64,000 nucleotides of DNA from Burkholderiaceae bacterium (GCA_965278985.1 OZ257131.1:376040-440039), one strand, 5' to 3'; positions 21,903 to 30,837 are shown, numbered from the stretch's first letter. Translations and numbers: made by a program. Notes: generated by a model not told the origin, from the sequence alone.

Positions 21903-22879
21903 TGGATGCCTCCCACGGGGCCGCTGCGGGCCCATCATCCACCGAGTCGTTGGCCGCACTCGCCGACCAGTCCGGTTTTGCACAGGTGCGCGCCTACCTG
22001 GTGGGCCTGCAGCAGCGCATCACCGATGCCGTGGCGGCGATCGACGGCAAGGCTTTCCTCGAAGACGCGTGGGAGAAGCCCCCGCACGAAAAGCTCCAGG
22101 GGCAGGGCAACACCCGCATCCTGGAGGATGGCGCCGTCTTCGAGCGCGCCGGCTGCGGCTTCTCGCATGTGCGCGGCCCCAGCCTGCCACCCTCGGCCAC
22201 GCAGCGGCGGCCCGAGCTGGCGGGAGCGCCCTTCGAGGCGATGGGCGTGTCGCTGGTGTTCCACCCGCGCAACCCCTACGTGCCCACGGTGCACATGAAC
22301 GTGCGCATGCTGTACGCGACCCGCGCCGATGGCCAGGCCGTCTGCTGGTTCGGTGGCGGCATGGACCTCACGCCCAACTACGGCTTCGACGAGGACGCGG
22401 TGCATTTCCACGCCACCTGCAAGGCTGCCGTGGCGCCGTTCGGGGACGACCTGCACCCCCGCTTCAAGGCCTGGTGCGATGACTACTTCCAGCTGCGCCA
22501 CCGCAACGAGCAGCGCGGCGTGGGAGGCATCTTCTTCGACGACCTGGCCGAACTGGGCTTCGAGGGTGGCTTCGCGTTGCTGCGCTCGGTGGGGGATGCC
22601 CTGCTCGAGGCCTACCTGCCCCTGGTGCGGCGCCGCCAGGCCATGGCCTACGGCGAGCGCGAGCGCGCTTTCCAGCTGTACCGGCGGGGGCGGTATGTGG
22701 AGTTCAACCTGGTGTGGGACCGCGGCACGCACTTCGGCCTGCAATCGGGCGGGCGCACGGAGTCCATCCTGCTGTCGATGCCGCCGCTGGTGAGCTGGTC
22801 CTACCGGCACACTCCTGAGCCGGGCTCGGCCGAAGCGCGGCTGTACGAACACTTCCTGGTGCCGCGCGCGTGGGTGTGA
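21902..22879 (+). CDS. hemF: oxygen-dependent coproporphyrinogen-III oxidase
   Basis: Trimmed to Met 21902 (overlaps the purD stop). HemF motifs: [40 protein letters not shown]. Confidence 0.85.
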   Translation: MDASHGAAAGPSSTESLAALADQSGFAQVRAYLVGLQQRITDAVAAIDGKAFLEDAWEKPPHEKLQGQGNTRILEDGAVFERAGCGFSHVRGPSLPPSATQRRPELAGAPFEAMGVSLVFHPRNPYVPTVHMNVRMLYATRADGQAVCWFGGGMDLTPNYGFDEDAVHFHATCKAAVAPFGDDLHPRFKAWCDDYFQLRHRNEQRGVGGIFFDDLAELGFEGGFALLRSVGDALLEAYLPLVRRRQAMAYGERERAFQLYRRGRYVEFNLVWDRGTHFGLQSGGRTESILLSMPPLVSWSYRHTPEPGSAEARLYEHFLVPRAWV

Positions 22880-23484
22880 GCATCGCGCCGCCGCTGCAGC
22901 GCGTGGGCATGTTCGGCGGCGCCTTCGACCCGCCGCATACCGCGCACCGCGCCCTGGTGGAGGCCGCCCTGCAGCAGCTGCAGCTCGACCGCCTGCACAT
23001 CGTGCCCACGGGCCAGGCCTGGCACAAGCCGCGCCAGCTCAGCGACGCGGCGGACCGCCTGGCGATGGCCACACTTGCCTTCGGCGACCTGCCGCAGGTG
23101 GTGGTCGACCCGCGCGAGACGCTGCGCACGGGCCCCAGCTACACCGTCGACACCCTGCGCGAACTGCAGGACCAGTACCCCGCGGCCCAGCTCTACCTGT
23201 TCATGGGCGAGGACCAGGCCCGTGCCCTGCCCACGTGGCATGATTGGCAGGGTGTGCTGCAGCGCGCCATCGTGTGCGTGGCCGAACGCCACAGCGCCGA
23301 TACGGTGCCCTTCCAACCGCCTGCCGCCCACGCGCACAGGTTCCTTACGCTGCATTTCACCGCGCTGCCCGTCAGTGCCACCGCCATCCGTGCCCAGGCC
23401 GCCTCCGGCCAGGGCGTCACCCCTCTGGTGGGGGATGCGGTTGCGCGCTATATTGCCTCCCATCGTCTTTACCAAGCCACTTGA
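22870..23484 (+). CDS. nadD: nicotinate-nucleotide adenylyltransferase
   Basis: [17 protein letters not shown] (H/TxGH nucleotidyltransferase motif). 204 aa. Start may be the Met at 22909. Confidence 0.8.
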   Translation: MGVSIAPPLQRVGMFGGAFDPPHTAHRALVEAALQQLQLDRLHIVPTGQAWHKPRQLSDAADRLAMATLAFGDLPQVVVDPRETLRTGPSYTVDTLRELQDQYPAAQLYLFMGEDQARALPTWHDWQGVLQRAIVCVAERHSADTVPFQPPAAHAHRFLTLHFTALPVSATAIRAQAASGQGVTPLVGDAVARYIASHRLYQAT

Positions 23485-24344
23485 TGACTACTGAAACCGC
23501 CGCCAAACGCGATACCCAAAAACTCCAGCGGGCCATCGTGGATGGGTTGGAAGACGTGAAAGCCCAGGACATCCAGGTGTTCGACACCGAGCACCTGTCC
23601 CCCCTGTTCGAACGCGTGATAGTGGCCTCCGGCACTTCCAACCGGCAGACCAAGGCCCTGGCCGCTAGCGTCGTCGACGCGGTGCGCGAGGCCGGCTTTG
23701 CCAAGCCGCGCGTGGAAGGGCAGGACAACGGCGAGTGGATCATCGTGGACTGCGCGCAGGCGGTGGTGCACATCATGCAGCCCGCGTTCCGCACCTACTA
23801 CCACCTGGAAGAGCTGTGGGGCGAGAAGCCGGTGCGGCTCAAGCTGGGCTCGGCCAAGCCCGTGGTGGTGGCCAAGGCGCCCGAGCCGGACACCAAGGTG
23901 AGCGCCCGCGCCAAGGCCGTGGCTGCCGCCAAGAAGAACTACGCAGGCAAGGCTCCGGTGCGCAGGACCACCGAGGCGCTGGCCGGTGCGGCGCCCTCGG
24001 CTCCGGCCAGGGCGTCCCGTGGATCTTCGTCGAAGGCATCCCCGGCGAAGACCACCGCATCCAAGACCGCCGCTTCGAAGACGGCCGCTCCCAAAGTCTT
24101 TGTGGCCAAGACATTCGCGGCGCAGCCTTCTGCAGCCAACAAGGCGGGTGCAGCAAGGACAACGGCCGCGAAGAAGGCACCCGCCAAACCCTCCGCGGCG
24201 CGCCCCGGGGCCCGTCCCGCTTCGGCCAAGACGGCATCGGCGCGGCCAGCGGCTGCCTCCAAGCCACGCGCCGCGGCGCCTGCGGGCAAGTCGCCCGCTG
24301 CCAAGAAGCCTGCCCCCCGGAAGTCGCCCGCCTCCAGGTCCTGA
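23484..24344 (+). CDS. rsfS: ribosome silencing factor RsfS (Iojap-like) with long Ala/Lys/Pro-rich C-terminal extension
   Basis: Trimmed to Met 23484, overlapping the nadD stop by 1 nt. Conserved RsfS core ([30 protein letters not shown]...[16 protein letters not shown]) of about 115 aa. It is followed by roughly 170 aa of low-complexity AKP/AAK repeats. Confidence 0.75.
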   Translation: MTTETAAKRDTQKLQRAIVDGLEDVKAQDIQVFDTEHLSPLFERVIVASGTSNRQTKALAASVVDAVREAGFAKPRVEGQDNGEWIIVDCAQAVVHIMQPAFRTYYHLEELWGEKPVRLKLGSAKPVVVAKAPEPDTKVSARAKAVAAAKKNYAGKAPVRRTTEALAGAAPSAPARASRGSSSKASPAKTTASKTAASKTAAPKVFVAKTFAAQPSAANKAGAARTTAAKKAPAKPSAARPGARPASAKTASARPAAASKPRAAAPAGKSPAAKKPAPRKSPASRS

Positions 24345-24354
24345 AGGCCGCCCG

Positions 24355-24822
24355 GTGCGGCTGTTCATCGTCGCCGTAGGCCTCAAGGTACCCGCCTGGG
24401 CCCAGGCCGGCTGGGACGAATACGCCAAGCGCTTCCCGCCCGAGCTGCGCGTCGAGCTCAAGGCGGTCAAGACCGAGGCCCGTGCCTCGCGCGCCCTGCC
24501 GGCGCTGCTGGCGGCCGAGCGCGAACGCATTGCAGCGGCCATCCCGCCCGGCACCCGCATCGTGGTGTTGGACGAAAAAGGCAGCAACCTCACGACCATG
24601 GCCCTGGCCCAGCGGCTGGAGCAATGGCAACTGGGCGGCACCGACGTGGCCCTGGTGATCGGCGGCCCCGACGGGCTGGAGCCCGCCTTCAAGGCGGCCG
24701 CGCACGAACGCATCCGGCTGTCCGACCTCACCTTGCCCCATGCCATGGTGCGCGTGCTGCTGATCGAGCAGCTCTACCGCGCCTGGTCGGTCAATGCCAA
24801 CCACCCCTACCACCGCGAGTGA
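24355..24822 (+). CDS. rlmH: 23S rRNA (pseudouridine1915-N3)-methyltransferase
   Basis: GTG start at 24355 ([26 protein letters not shown]...), SPOUT-family RlmH. About 155 aa. Confidence 0.8.
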   Translation: MRLFIVAVGLKVPAWAQAGWDEYAKRFPPELRVELKAVKTEARASRALPALLAAERERIAAAIPPGTRIVVLDEKGSNLTTMALAQRLEQWQLGGTDVALVIGGPDGLEPAFKAAAHERIRLSDLTLPHAMVRVLLIEQLYRAWSVNANHPYHRE

Positions 24823-24829
24823 AGTAGCC

Positions 24830-25447
24830 GTGCCTTCCCGTTCCCCTGCCGATTTTTTGTTCCTCGCGTCCCAGAGCCCGCGCCGTGCACAGTTGCTGGA
24901 CCAGTTGGGCGTGCAGCATGGCCCCTTGCTGGCCGATGCCGACGAGGACGCCGAGTCGCTGGAGGCGGTGCTGCCGCGCGAGGCGCCCGCAGCGTATGTG
25001 GCGCGCGTCACCGGCCTCAAGCTGCAGGCCGCATTGGCGCGCCGCAAAGCGCGCGGACTGGTGGAGGCGCCCGTGCTCTGTGCCGACACCACGGTGGCAT
25101 TGGGCCGACAGATCCTGGGCAAGCCTGCCGACGCCGACGATGCGGTGCGCATGCTGGCGGCACTGTCAGGGCAGAAGCACCGCGTGCTGACGGCCGTGGC
25201 GGTGGGGCAGGGGCGGCGCCGCGTGCAGGCCTTGAGCGTGTCGCAAGTGCAGTTCGCGCCGCTCTCGGCGCGGCAAATCCGCGACTACGTGGACTCCGGC
25301 GAACCCCTGGGCAAGGCCGGTGCCTATGCCGTGCAGGGGCGTGCCGCCGCCTTCATCGCGGACATGCGAGGGTCCTACTCTGGCATCATGGGGCTGCCCC
25401 TGTATGAGACGGCGCAGCTGCTGCGCGGTTTCGGGTTCAGGGTCTGA
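24830..25447 (+). CDS. maf: Maf-like nucleoside triphosphate pyrophosphatase
   Basis: [15 protein letters not shown]...GKP...GAYAVQG Maf signature. A GTG at 24830 starts just after the rlmH stop; the alternative ATG at 24794 would overlap rlmH. Confidence 0.7.
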   Translation: MPSRSPADFLFLASQSPRRAQLLDQLGVQHGPLLADADEDAESLEAVLPREAPAAYVARVTGLKLQAALARRKARGLVEAPVLCADTTVALGRQILGKPADADDAVRMLAALSGQKHRVLTAVAVGQGRRRVQALSVSQVQFAPLSARQIRDYVDSGEPLGKAGAYAVQGRAAAFIADMRGSYSGIMGLPLYETAQLLRGFGFRV

Positions 25448-25486
25448 ACGACCGACACCTTTCAGAAGACCACGAGACAAGCACCC

Positions 25487-26959
25487 ATGCAGCAAGACAT
25501 TCTCATCAACTGGTCACCGCAGGAAACGCGGGTCGCGATGGTCGAGAACGGGTCGGTGCAGGAGCTGCATGTGGAGCGCACACTGGAGCGCGGCCTGGTG
25601 GGCAATGTCTACCTCGGCAAGGTGGCGCGGGTGCTGCCCGGCATGCAGTCGGCCTTCATCGACATCGGGCTGGAGCGCGCCGCCTTTCTGCATGTGGCCG
25701 ACGTGTGGCACCGCCAGCCCGAAGGCGAGCCGCCGCAGGCGCTGCGCTCGCTGCCGCAGATTCCCATCGAGAAGCAGATCTTCGAAGGCCAGACCCTCAC
25801 CGTGCAGGTCATCAAGGACCCCATCGGCACCAAGGGCGCGCGCCTGTCCACGCAGATCAGCATCGCGGGCCGGCTGCTGGTGTTCCTGCCGCAGGACGAC
25901 CACGTGGGCGTGTCCCAGAAGATTGCGCTTCGCCAACGCGAGGACCTGCGCAACCGCCTGCAGGCGCTCACGCAGCGCGATGGCGGCGGCTTCATCCTGC
26001 GCACCAATGGCGAGGACGCGAGCGACGCCGAGCTGTCCGAGGACATCGGCTACCTGCGCAAGGCCTGGGCCCGTATCAAGGACGCTTCCGTGCGCCTGCC
26101 GCCCACCTCGCTGCTGCACCAGGACCTGAACCTGATGCAGCGCGTCCTGCGCGACCTGACGGTGGACATCACGCAGACCATCAAGGTCGACTCGCGCGAG
26201 CAGTTCGAGCTGCTGCAGGCGTTCGGCCGCGAGTTCATGCCGCAGGCGGCCGAGAAGCTGCAGCACTACAAGGGCGAGCGGCCGATCTTCGACCTGTACA
26301 ACATCGATGAAGAGATCGCCAAGGCCCTGGGCCGGCGCGTGGACCTCAAATCTGGCGGCTACCTGATCGTGGACCAGACCGAGGCGCTGACCACGGTGGA
26401 CGTGAACACCGGCGGTTATGTGGGTGCGCGCAATTTCGACGACACCATTTTCAAGACCAACCTGGAGGCCGCGCAGGCCATCGCACGCCAGCTGCGCCTG
26501 CGCAACCTGGGCGGCATCGTGATCGCCGACTTCATCGACATGGTGCGCGAGGACCACCGTGACGCGGTACTCAGCGAGTTCCGCAAGCAGCTCGCACGCG
26601 ACCGCGTCAAGACCACGGCCGGCGGCTTCTCGCAGCTGGGCCTGGTAGAGATGACCCGCAAGCGCACCCGCGAATCGCTGGCCCACATGCTGTGCGAGCC
26701 CTGCGCCGCCTGCCAGGGCCGCGGCAGCGTGAAGACCGCGCGCAGCGTGGCCTACGACATCCTGCGCGAGATCCTGCGCGAGGCCCGACAGTTCAACCCA
26801 CGCGAGTTCCGCGTGGTGGCTTCGCCCAAGGTCATAGAAGTCTTCCTGGACGAGGAAAGCCAGCACCTTGCGGGCCTGAGCGAGTTCATCGGCAAGACCG
26901 TGTCGCTGCAGGCCGAGGCGGCGATGGGGCAGGAGACCTACGACATCGTGCTGCTGTAG
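25487..26959 (+). CDS. rng: ribonuclease G
   Basis: MQQDILINWSPQETRVAMVENGSVQELHVER... S1 domain plus RNase E/G catalytic core; 490 aa. Confidence 0.9.
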   Translation: MQQDILINWSPQETRVAMVENGSVQELHVERTLERGLVGNVYLGKVARVLPGMQSAFIDIGLERAAFLHVADVWHRQPEGEPPQALRSLPQIPIEKQIFEGQTLTVQVIKDPIGTKGARLSTQISIAGRLLVFLPQDDHVGVSQKIALRQREDLRNRLQALTQRDGGGFILRTNGEDASDAELSEDIGYLRKAWARIKDASVRLPPTSLLHQDLNLMQRVLRDLTVDITQTIKVDSREQFELLQAFGREFMPQAAEKLQHYKGERPIFDLYNIDEEIAKALGRRVDLKSGGYLIVDQTEALTTVDVNTGGYVGARNFDDTIFKTNLEAAQAIARQLRLRNLGGIVIADFIDMVREDHRDAVLSEFRKQLARDRVKTTAGGFSQLGLVEMTRKRTRESLAHMLCEPCAACQGRGSVKTARSVAYDILREILREARQFNPREFRVVASPKVIEVFLDEESQHLAGLSEFIGKTVSLQAEAAMGQETYDIVLL

Positions 26960-27090
26960 GACGGACCGCCGGGCCTTCAGTCCCGCGGTGGGCCTGCAAG
27001 CGTGGGTGTCACGCAGGCGGCACGCGGCGCTTGGTTTTTGCCACGCGGCGCCCATACTCGGCCCCGCGACCATCCGCGTGAAGGACAACC

Positions 27091-27801
27091 ATGCTCGACA
27101 TCTACTACTGGCCCACCTCCAACGGCCGCAAGATCACCATCGCGCTGGAGGAGATGGGCCTGCCCTACAACATCATCCCGGTGAACATGAAGAACGGCGA
27201 CACCACGCGCCCGGAATTCCTGCGCATCAACCCCAACGGCAAGATCCCCGCGATGGTGGACCACGATGTGCCCGGTGGGCTGGTGCTGTTCGAGTCGGTG
27301 GTGATCCTGCAGTACCTGGCCGAGAAGAGTGGCAAGCTGATGCCCACCGAGGTCGGCCCGCGTTACGACGTGCTGAAGTGGCTGGTGTTCCAGGCCGCAA
27401 GCATCGGGCCGATGTTCGGCCAGCTCGCGCACTTCCACGACTACGCCCGCGAGAAGTTCAGCTACGCGCTGAACCGCTACGGGTCGGAGGTGGAGCGGCT
27501 CTACCGCGTGCTGGACACGCGGCTGGCCGAGAGCGCGTACATCGCGAGTGACGAGTTCACCATCGCCGACATCGCCTGCTGGCCCTGGATCCAGCCGGCG
27601 CGCCAGGAGCAGAGTTTCGATGCCTGGCCCCACCTGCAGCGCTGGCACGCGGCGGTGGCTGCGCGGCCGGGGGTGCAGCGTGGCAATGCCGTGCGGCTGG
27701 ACCTGCAGGGCGTGGGCGCGCAGACGTTGTCCGACGCCGAGTGGAACGCGCTTTTCGCCTGGCAGCAGAAGCCACGCGAGCCCCACAAGTCTGCCGGCTG
27801 A
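27091..27801 (+). CDS. glutathione S-transferase (YfcG/YghU-like)
   Basis: MLDIYYWPTSNGRKITIALEEMGLPYNIIPVN...ESVVILQYLAEKSGK is a GST N-terminal thioredoxin fold. Confidence 0.8.
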   Translation: MLDIYYWPTSNGRKITIALEEMGLPYNIIPVNMKNGDTTRPEFLRINPNGKIPAMVDHDVPGGLVLFESVVILQYLAEKSGKLMPTEVGPRYDVLKWLVFQAASIGPMFGQLAHFHDYAREKFSYALNRYGSEVERLYRVLDTRLAESAYIASDEFTIADIACWPWIQPARQEQSFDAWPHLQRWHAAVAARPGVQRGNAVRLDLQGVGAQTLSDAEWNALFAWQQKPREPHKSAG

Positions 27802-27869
27802 GCCACGACCGGCACCGTGCACGAACGGCGCTGCGAGGCGCAGGTCAGCGTGCAGCGCAAGGCAGTCCG

Positions 27870-28595
27870 TCAGTCCCGCAGCACCGCCCGGTGCATGTTG
27901 TCACCGAACATGTTGGACCATTGCTCCGGCGTGAGCGCCATGCGCCGGCGGGTGTAGCCGCCTGGCACGCCGGTGGTGCGGGAGCCGCTGGCCGCCTGCA
28001 CCGCAGGCCGTGCCTGTACCGCATCGGACCAGCGCTTGACGTGCGGGTATTCGGCAGCCGTGTCGATGTCGAAGTTGTGCACGTTCTGTACCACGGGCCA
28101 GCAGGCGATGTCGGCAATCGAATACTCGGTGGCCAGGTACGCTTCCTGGGAAAGACGGTGGTCGAGCACGCCCAGCAGGCGGTGCACCTCCCGCACGTAG
28201 CGTTGGCAACCGTAGTCGTTGCCCTCGGGCGCATAACGCACGAAGTGCGCCGCCTGGCCGATCATCGGGCCCAGGCCGGCAACCTGCCAGGTCAACCACT
28301 GCAGCGCGACGTTCTGGCGCCGGAAGCTCCGAGGCAACAGCTGGTCGGTCTTGCGCGCCAGGTAGAGCAGGATCGCGCCGCTTTCGAACACCGCAAAAGG
28401 CTCGCCACCGTCGTCCGGCGCATGGTCCACGATGGCAGGTAGCTTGTGGTTCGGATTGATGTGGCCGAAGTCCGCCTTGAGGTGGTCGCCCGCGAAGATG
28501 TCGTAGGCGATGACCCGGTGCGCGAGCTGCGTCTCCGCCAGCATGATCGCGATCTTCAGGCCATTGGGGGTGGTGGTGTAGTGCAGGTCGATCAT
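27870..28595 (-). CDS. glutathione S-transferase (second, paralogous YfcG-like)
   Basis: ORF 27870..29027(-) trimmed to Met 28595 (MIDLHYTTTPNGLKIAIMLAE...ESGAILLYLARKTDQ). 241 aa. Confidence 0.75.
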   Translation of the reverse strand: MIDLHYTTTPNGLKIAIMLAETQLAHRVIAYDIFAGDHLKADFGHINPNHKLPAIVDHAPDDGGEPFAVFESGAILLYLARKTDQLLPRSFRRQNVALQWLTWQVAGLGPMIGQAAHFVRYAPEGNDYGCQRYVREVHRLLGVLDHRLSQEAYLATEYSIADIACWPVVQNVHNFDIDTAAEYPHVKRWSDAVQARPAVQAASGSRTTGVPGGYTRRRMALTPEQWSNMFGDNMHRAVLRD

Positions 28596-28969
28596 GCGGC
28601 TCGCTTTGCGGGGATGTGCTGCTGCATCTGCGCCCGCAGCGCCTTGCGTCCTGCGCCATTGGTGGCGCGCCATGCCTGGAGTGCGAGCGCGAGGAATCGC
28701 TGTTCGGCGGGCGAGGGCGTGGCACTGGCACGTTCCTCGTCGAGCCAACCCGCGGGCTGACCACAGTGCTGCTCGATCTGCCTGGCCAGCTTGTCGCCGA
28801 TGGGGCGTGCGGACTTGACCTGGCTCCACATGCTGGGCGAGATTTCGAGCGATGCAGCGAAGGCCTGCTCCAGTCCCTTGGGCGGCATGCCTGACGCGAG
28901 TGATTTCTCGGCATAGGCCTGGAACAGGGCCAGCGCGTTCTGGCGCCGGATGAGGGTGGTGTCGGACAC
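28592..28969 (-). CDS. small putative HTH DNA-binding protein (Cro/CI-like)
   Basis: 125 aa with a GTG start. The segment LEISPSMWSQVKSARPIGDKLARQIE resembles an XRE/phage-repressor HTH. Overlaps the downstream GST by 4 nt (coupled). Confidence 0.45.
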   Translation of the reverse strand: MSDTTLIRRQNALALFQAYAEKSLASGMPPKGLEQAFAASLEISPSMWSQVKSARPIGDKLARQIEQHCGQPAGWLDEERASATPSPAEQRFLALALQAWRATNGAGRKALRAQMQQHIPAKRAA

Positions 28970-29328
28970 GTGCTGTGGATGCCATGCAACGGATGAAGCG
29001 GTGATTGTCGCAGGGGGTTGACGGCATGGTAAAGACTATTTACAGTCCAGCCCCATCGCTCGCCCGCATCGTTTGGGTGGGCACCTTTTTTCAAGCGTTC
29101 CATTCCAAGGCTTCATCGTGATATCCGCATACATCACCCACAGCTACCGACCCCAGACGGGTCTGGTCGCGTTCGTGCGTGCCGCGGCGATGAAGCCGGT
29201 TGGCGGCCGCATCGATGCGTTGCATCTGTGCCTGCCCATGAGCCTTCCACGCTTCGGCCGGGAGGATGGCTTGGCATATCCGGGAGAGGACGGCGCTTAA
29301 CGCGCATCCTCCACGCTCTGTTCGCAGA

Positions 29329-29365
29329 GGCCCGGATCCCGCAAGGATCCGGGCCTTTTTCTTTT
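29329..29365 (+). terminator. rho-independent terminator (11-bp perfect stem GGCCCGGATCC/GGATCCGGGCC, loop CGCAA, then TTTTTCTTTT)
   Basis: Read directly from the sequence. The T-run is on the plus strand only, so it is unidirectional. Confidence 0.65.
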
Positions 29366-29507
29366 GCTTTCAACCCAACCCACCGGCATGCGCATCGACG
29401 CGGGTCCGTGATCTCCCGCCGTGGCAAGCCACTGCGGGAGGATGTTCCTTAACAACCAGCCGCGTGGCGACACCGGTACTGGCCGGCTTGTCGCTTCGCA
29501 CGAATTT

Positions 29508-29583
29508 GCGGATGTAGCTCAGCAGGCAGAGCGCGACCATGCCATGGTCGAGGTGATGGGTTCGAGTCCCGTCATCCGCTCCA
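29508..29583 (+). tRNA. tRNA-Gly (anticodon GCC)
   Basis: GCGGATG acceptor pairing with CATCCGC. Anticodon loop ATGCCAT, T-loop TTCGAGT, 3' CCA encoded. Confidence 0.85.
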
Positions 29584-29830
29584 CTTCGGGTGTGTCCCTG
29601 CACTCCGTATCCGTGCCACGAGGGTGTTGGCGGTGCGGGATGTGCGCGGCCCTGGCCAGCCACGTGCAGCGAGACACCCCATCCGGCGACGGATGCTCGC
29701 GCAGGGGCACACCCGAAGTGGATTCCCATTGACCAGAACAAGAAGCCTTCGTGGAACTCACGCTCCGAAGGCGGAAATCGGCCGCAAAGATTGGGCGGCG
29801 CCGGAACCCGTGACCGGATGGTTTTTTTTC

Positions 29831-29909
29831 GCCCCGTTAGCTCAGTTGGATTCAGAGCGCCGGTCTACGAAACCGGAGGTCGCACGTTCGAGTCGTGCAC
29901 GGGGCACCA
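29831..29909 (+). tRNA. tRNA-Arg (anticodon ACG)
   Basis: Acceptor GCCCCGT/ACGGGGC. Anticodon stem CCGGT/ACCGG with loop CTACGAA. T-arm GCACG-TTCGAGT-CGTGC. CCA encoded. A U8 run immediately precedes it. Confidence 0.8.
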
Positions 29910-29917
29910 GTTTCTTT

Positions 29918-30003
29918 CTCGACGTAGCCAAGTGGCCGAAGGCATCTGGTTGCAAACCAGGCGGCGCAAGCCCGCGTCCGTTCGAATCGGACCGTCGAGT
30001 CCA
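29918..30003 (+). tRNA. class-II (long variable arm) tRNA with anticodon GCA and discriminator U73 - atypical, identity uncertain
   Basis: Perfect 7-bp acceptor CTCGACG/CGTCGAG. Ser-like 3-bp D-stem and 11-nt D-loop (GCC-AAGTGGCCGAA-GGC). Anticodon stem TCTGG/CCAGG with loop TTGCAAA. 14-nt variable arm CGGCGCAAGCCCGC (GGC-GCAA-GCC hairpin). T-arm GTCCG-TTCGAAT-CGGAC. U73 then CCA. 86 nt. Confidence 0.6.
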
Positions 30004-30025
30004 TCTTTTTGGCGTGTTCTTGGGT

Positions 30026-30100
30026 GTGGCCGTAGCTCAATGGCAGAGCGACGGGATGTGACCCCGTCGGTGCCGGTTCGACTCCGGCCGGTCACCCCCA
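30026..30100 (+). tRNA. tRNA-His (anticodon GTG)
   Basis: Acceptor GTGGCCG/CGGTCAC (one G-U). Anticodon stem ACGGG/CCCGT, loop ATGTGAC. T-arm GCCGG-TTCGACT-CCGGC. The encoded nucleotide at -1 is T, not the usual G, and the 3' tail reads C-CCCA. Confidence 0.7.
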
Positions 30101-30115
30101 AGCGCATGCGCGCAT

Positions 30116-30200
30116 CCCCTCGTGGCGGAATAGGCAGACGCACCGGTCTCAGAAACCGGGGCCGCGAGGCATGTCCGTTCGACTCGGACCGAGGGGACCA
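30116..30200 (+). tRNA. tRNA-Leu (anticodon CAG)
   Basis: Acceptor CCCCTCG/CGAGGGG. Leu-type D-arm GCGGAATAGGCAGACGC. Anticodon loop CTCAGAA. Long variable arm, A73, CCA encoded. Followed by a T-rich tract. Confidence 0.8.
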
Positions 30201-30261
30201 TTTTTCACCGTCAGATTTTTGTTTTTTCAACCACCACTTCGGCCGCGAAAGGAGGCCCACC

Positions 30262-30837
30262 ATGCAACCCCATCCACACAGCCACGTGCTGCAACTCGAC
30301 ATCCAGGGCACGCCGCAGGCGTGGATCACGCTCGAGCATGCGGCCCTGCATGTGGCGACGGATTCGGTCGCGTGGGTGGACGGCGACGGGCCGCTGGCCA
30401 CCCTGCGTGGCGGCTACAACGTTCCTCTGCAGCGGCAGTCGATCATCGACGTGTTCCCGATCATGGCGCTGCACGGCGCATCCAGGATCAACCTGTTCGA
30501 CGTCGTGCCCGCATTCAGCCGGCACAAGCTGTTCCGCCGCGACCGGATGATGTGTGCCTATTGCGGCCAGCGCTTCCCCGAGCGCGACCTGCAGTGTGAG
30601 CACATCGTGCCGGAATCGCGCGGTGGCGGTTGGACCTGGATGAATCTGGTCACGGCCTGCGCAGCGTGCAACGGCCGCAAGGCCGCCCGCACGCCGGAGG
30701 AAGCGCGCATGCCGCTGCTGTACCTGCCCTATGTGCCCAGCCGCTTCGAGGACTTCCTGCTCGAAGGCCGGCACATCCGGGCTGACGTGCACGAATGGCT
30801 TGCCGCGCGCCTGCCGAGGGTATCGCGCCTGCACTGA
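30262..30837 (+). CDS. HNH endonuclease (McrA-like, free-standing)
   Basis: 191 aa. Strong RBS AAAGGAGG 7 nt upstream. HNH motif CAYCGQRFPERDLQCEHIVPESRGGGWTWMNLVTACAACNGRK. Confidence 0.8.
   Translation: MQPHPHSHVLQLDIQGTPQAWITLEHAALHVATDSVAWVDGDGPLATLRGGYNVPLQRQSIIDVFPIMALHGASRINLFDVVPAFSRHKLFRRDRMMCAYCGQRFPERDLQCEHIVPESRGGGWTWMNLVTACAACNGRKAARTPEEARMPLLYLPYVPSRFEDFLLEGRHIRADVHEWLAARLPRVSRLH

Noticed and set aside
27802-27869. Possible terminator between the convergent GST genes
   Set aside because: Only short hairpins (CTGCG-AGG-CGCAG) without a U-run. Not convincing.
29073-29300. 75-codon TTG-initiated ORF as a real protein
   Set aside because: No RBS, no domain, weak start. Retained only as part of the orphan transcription-unit finding.
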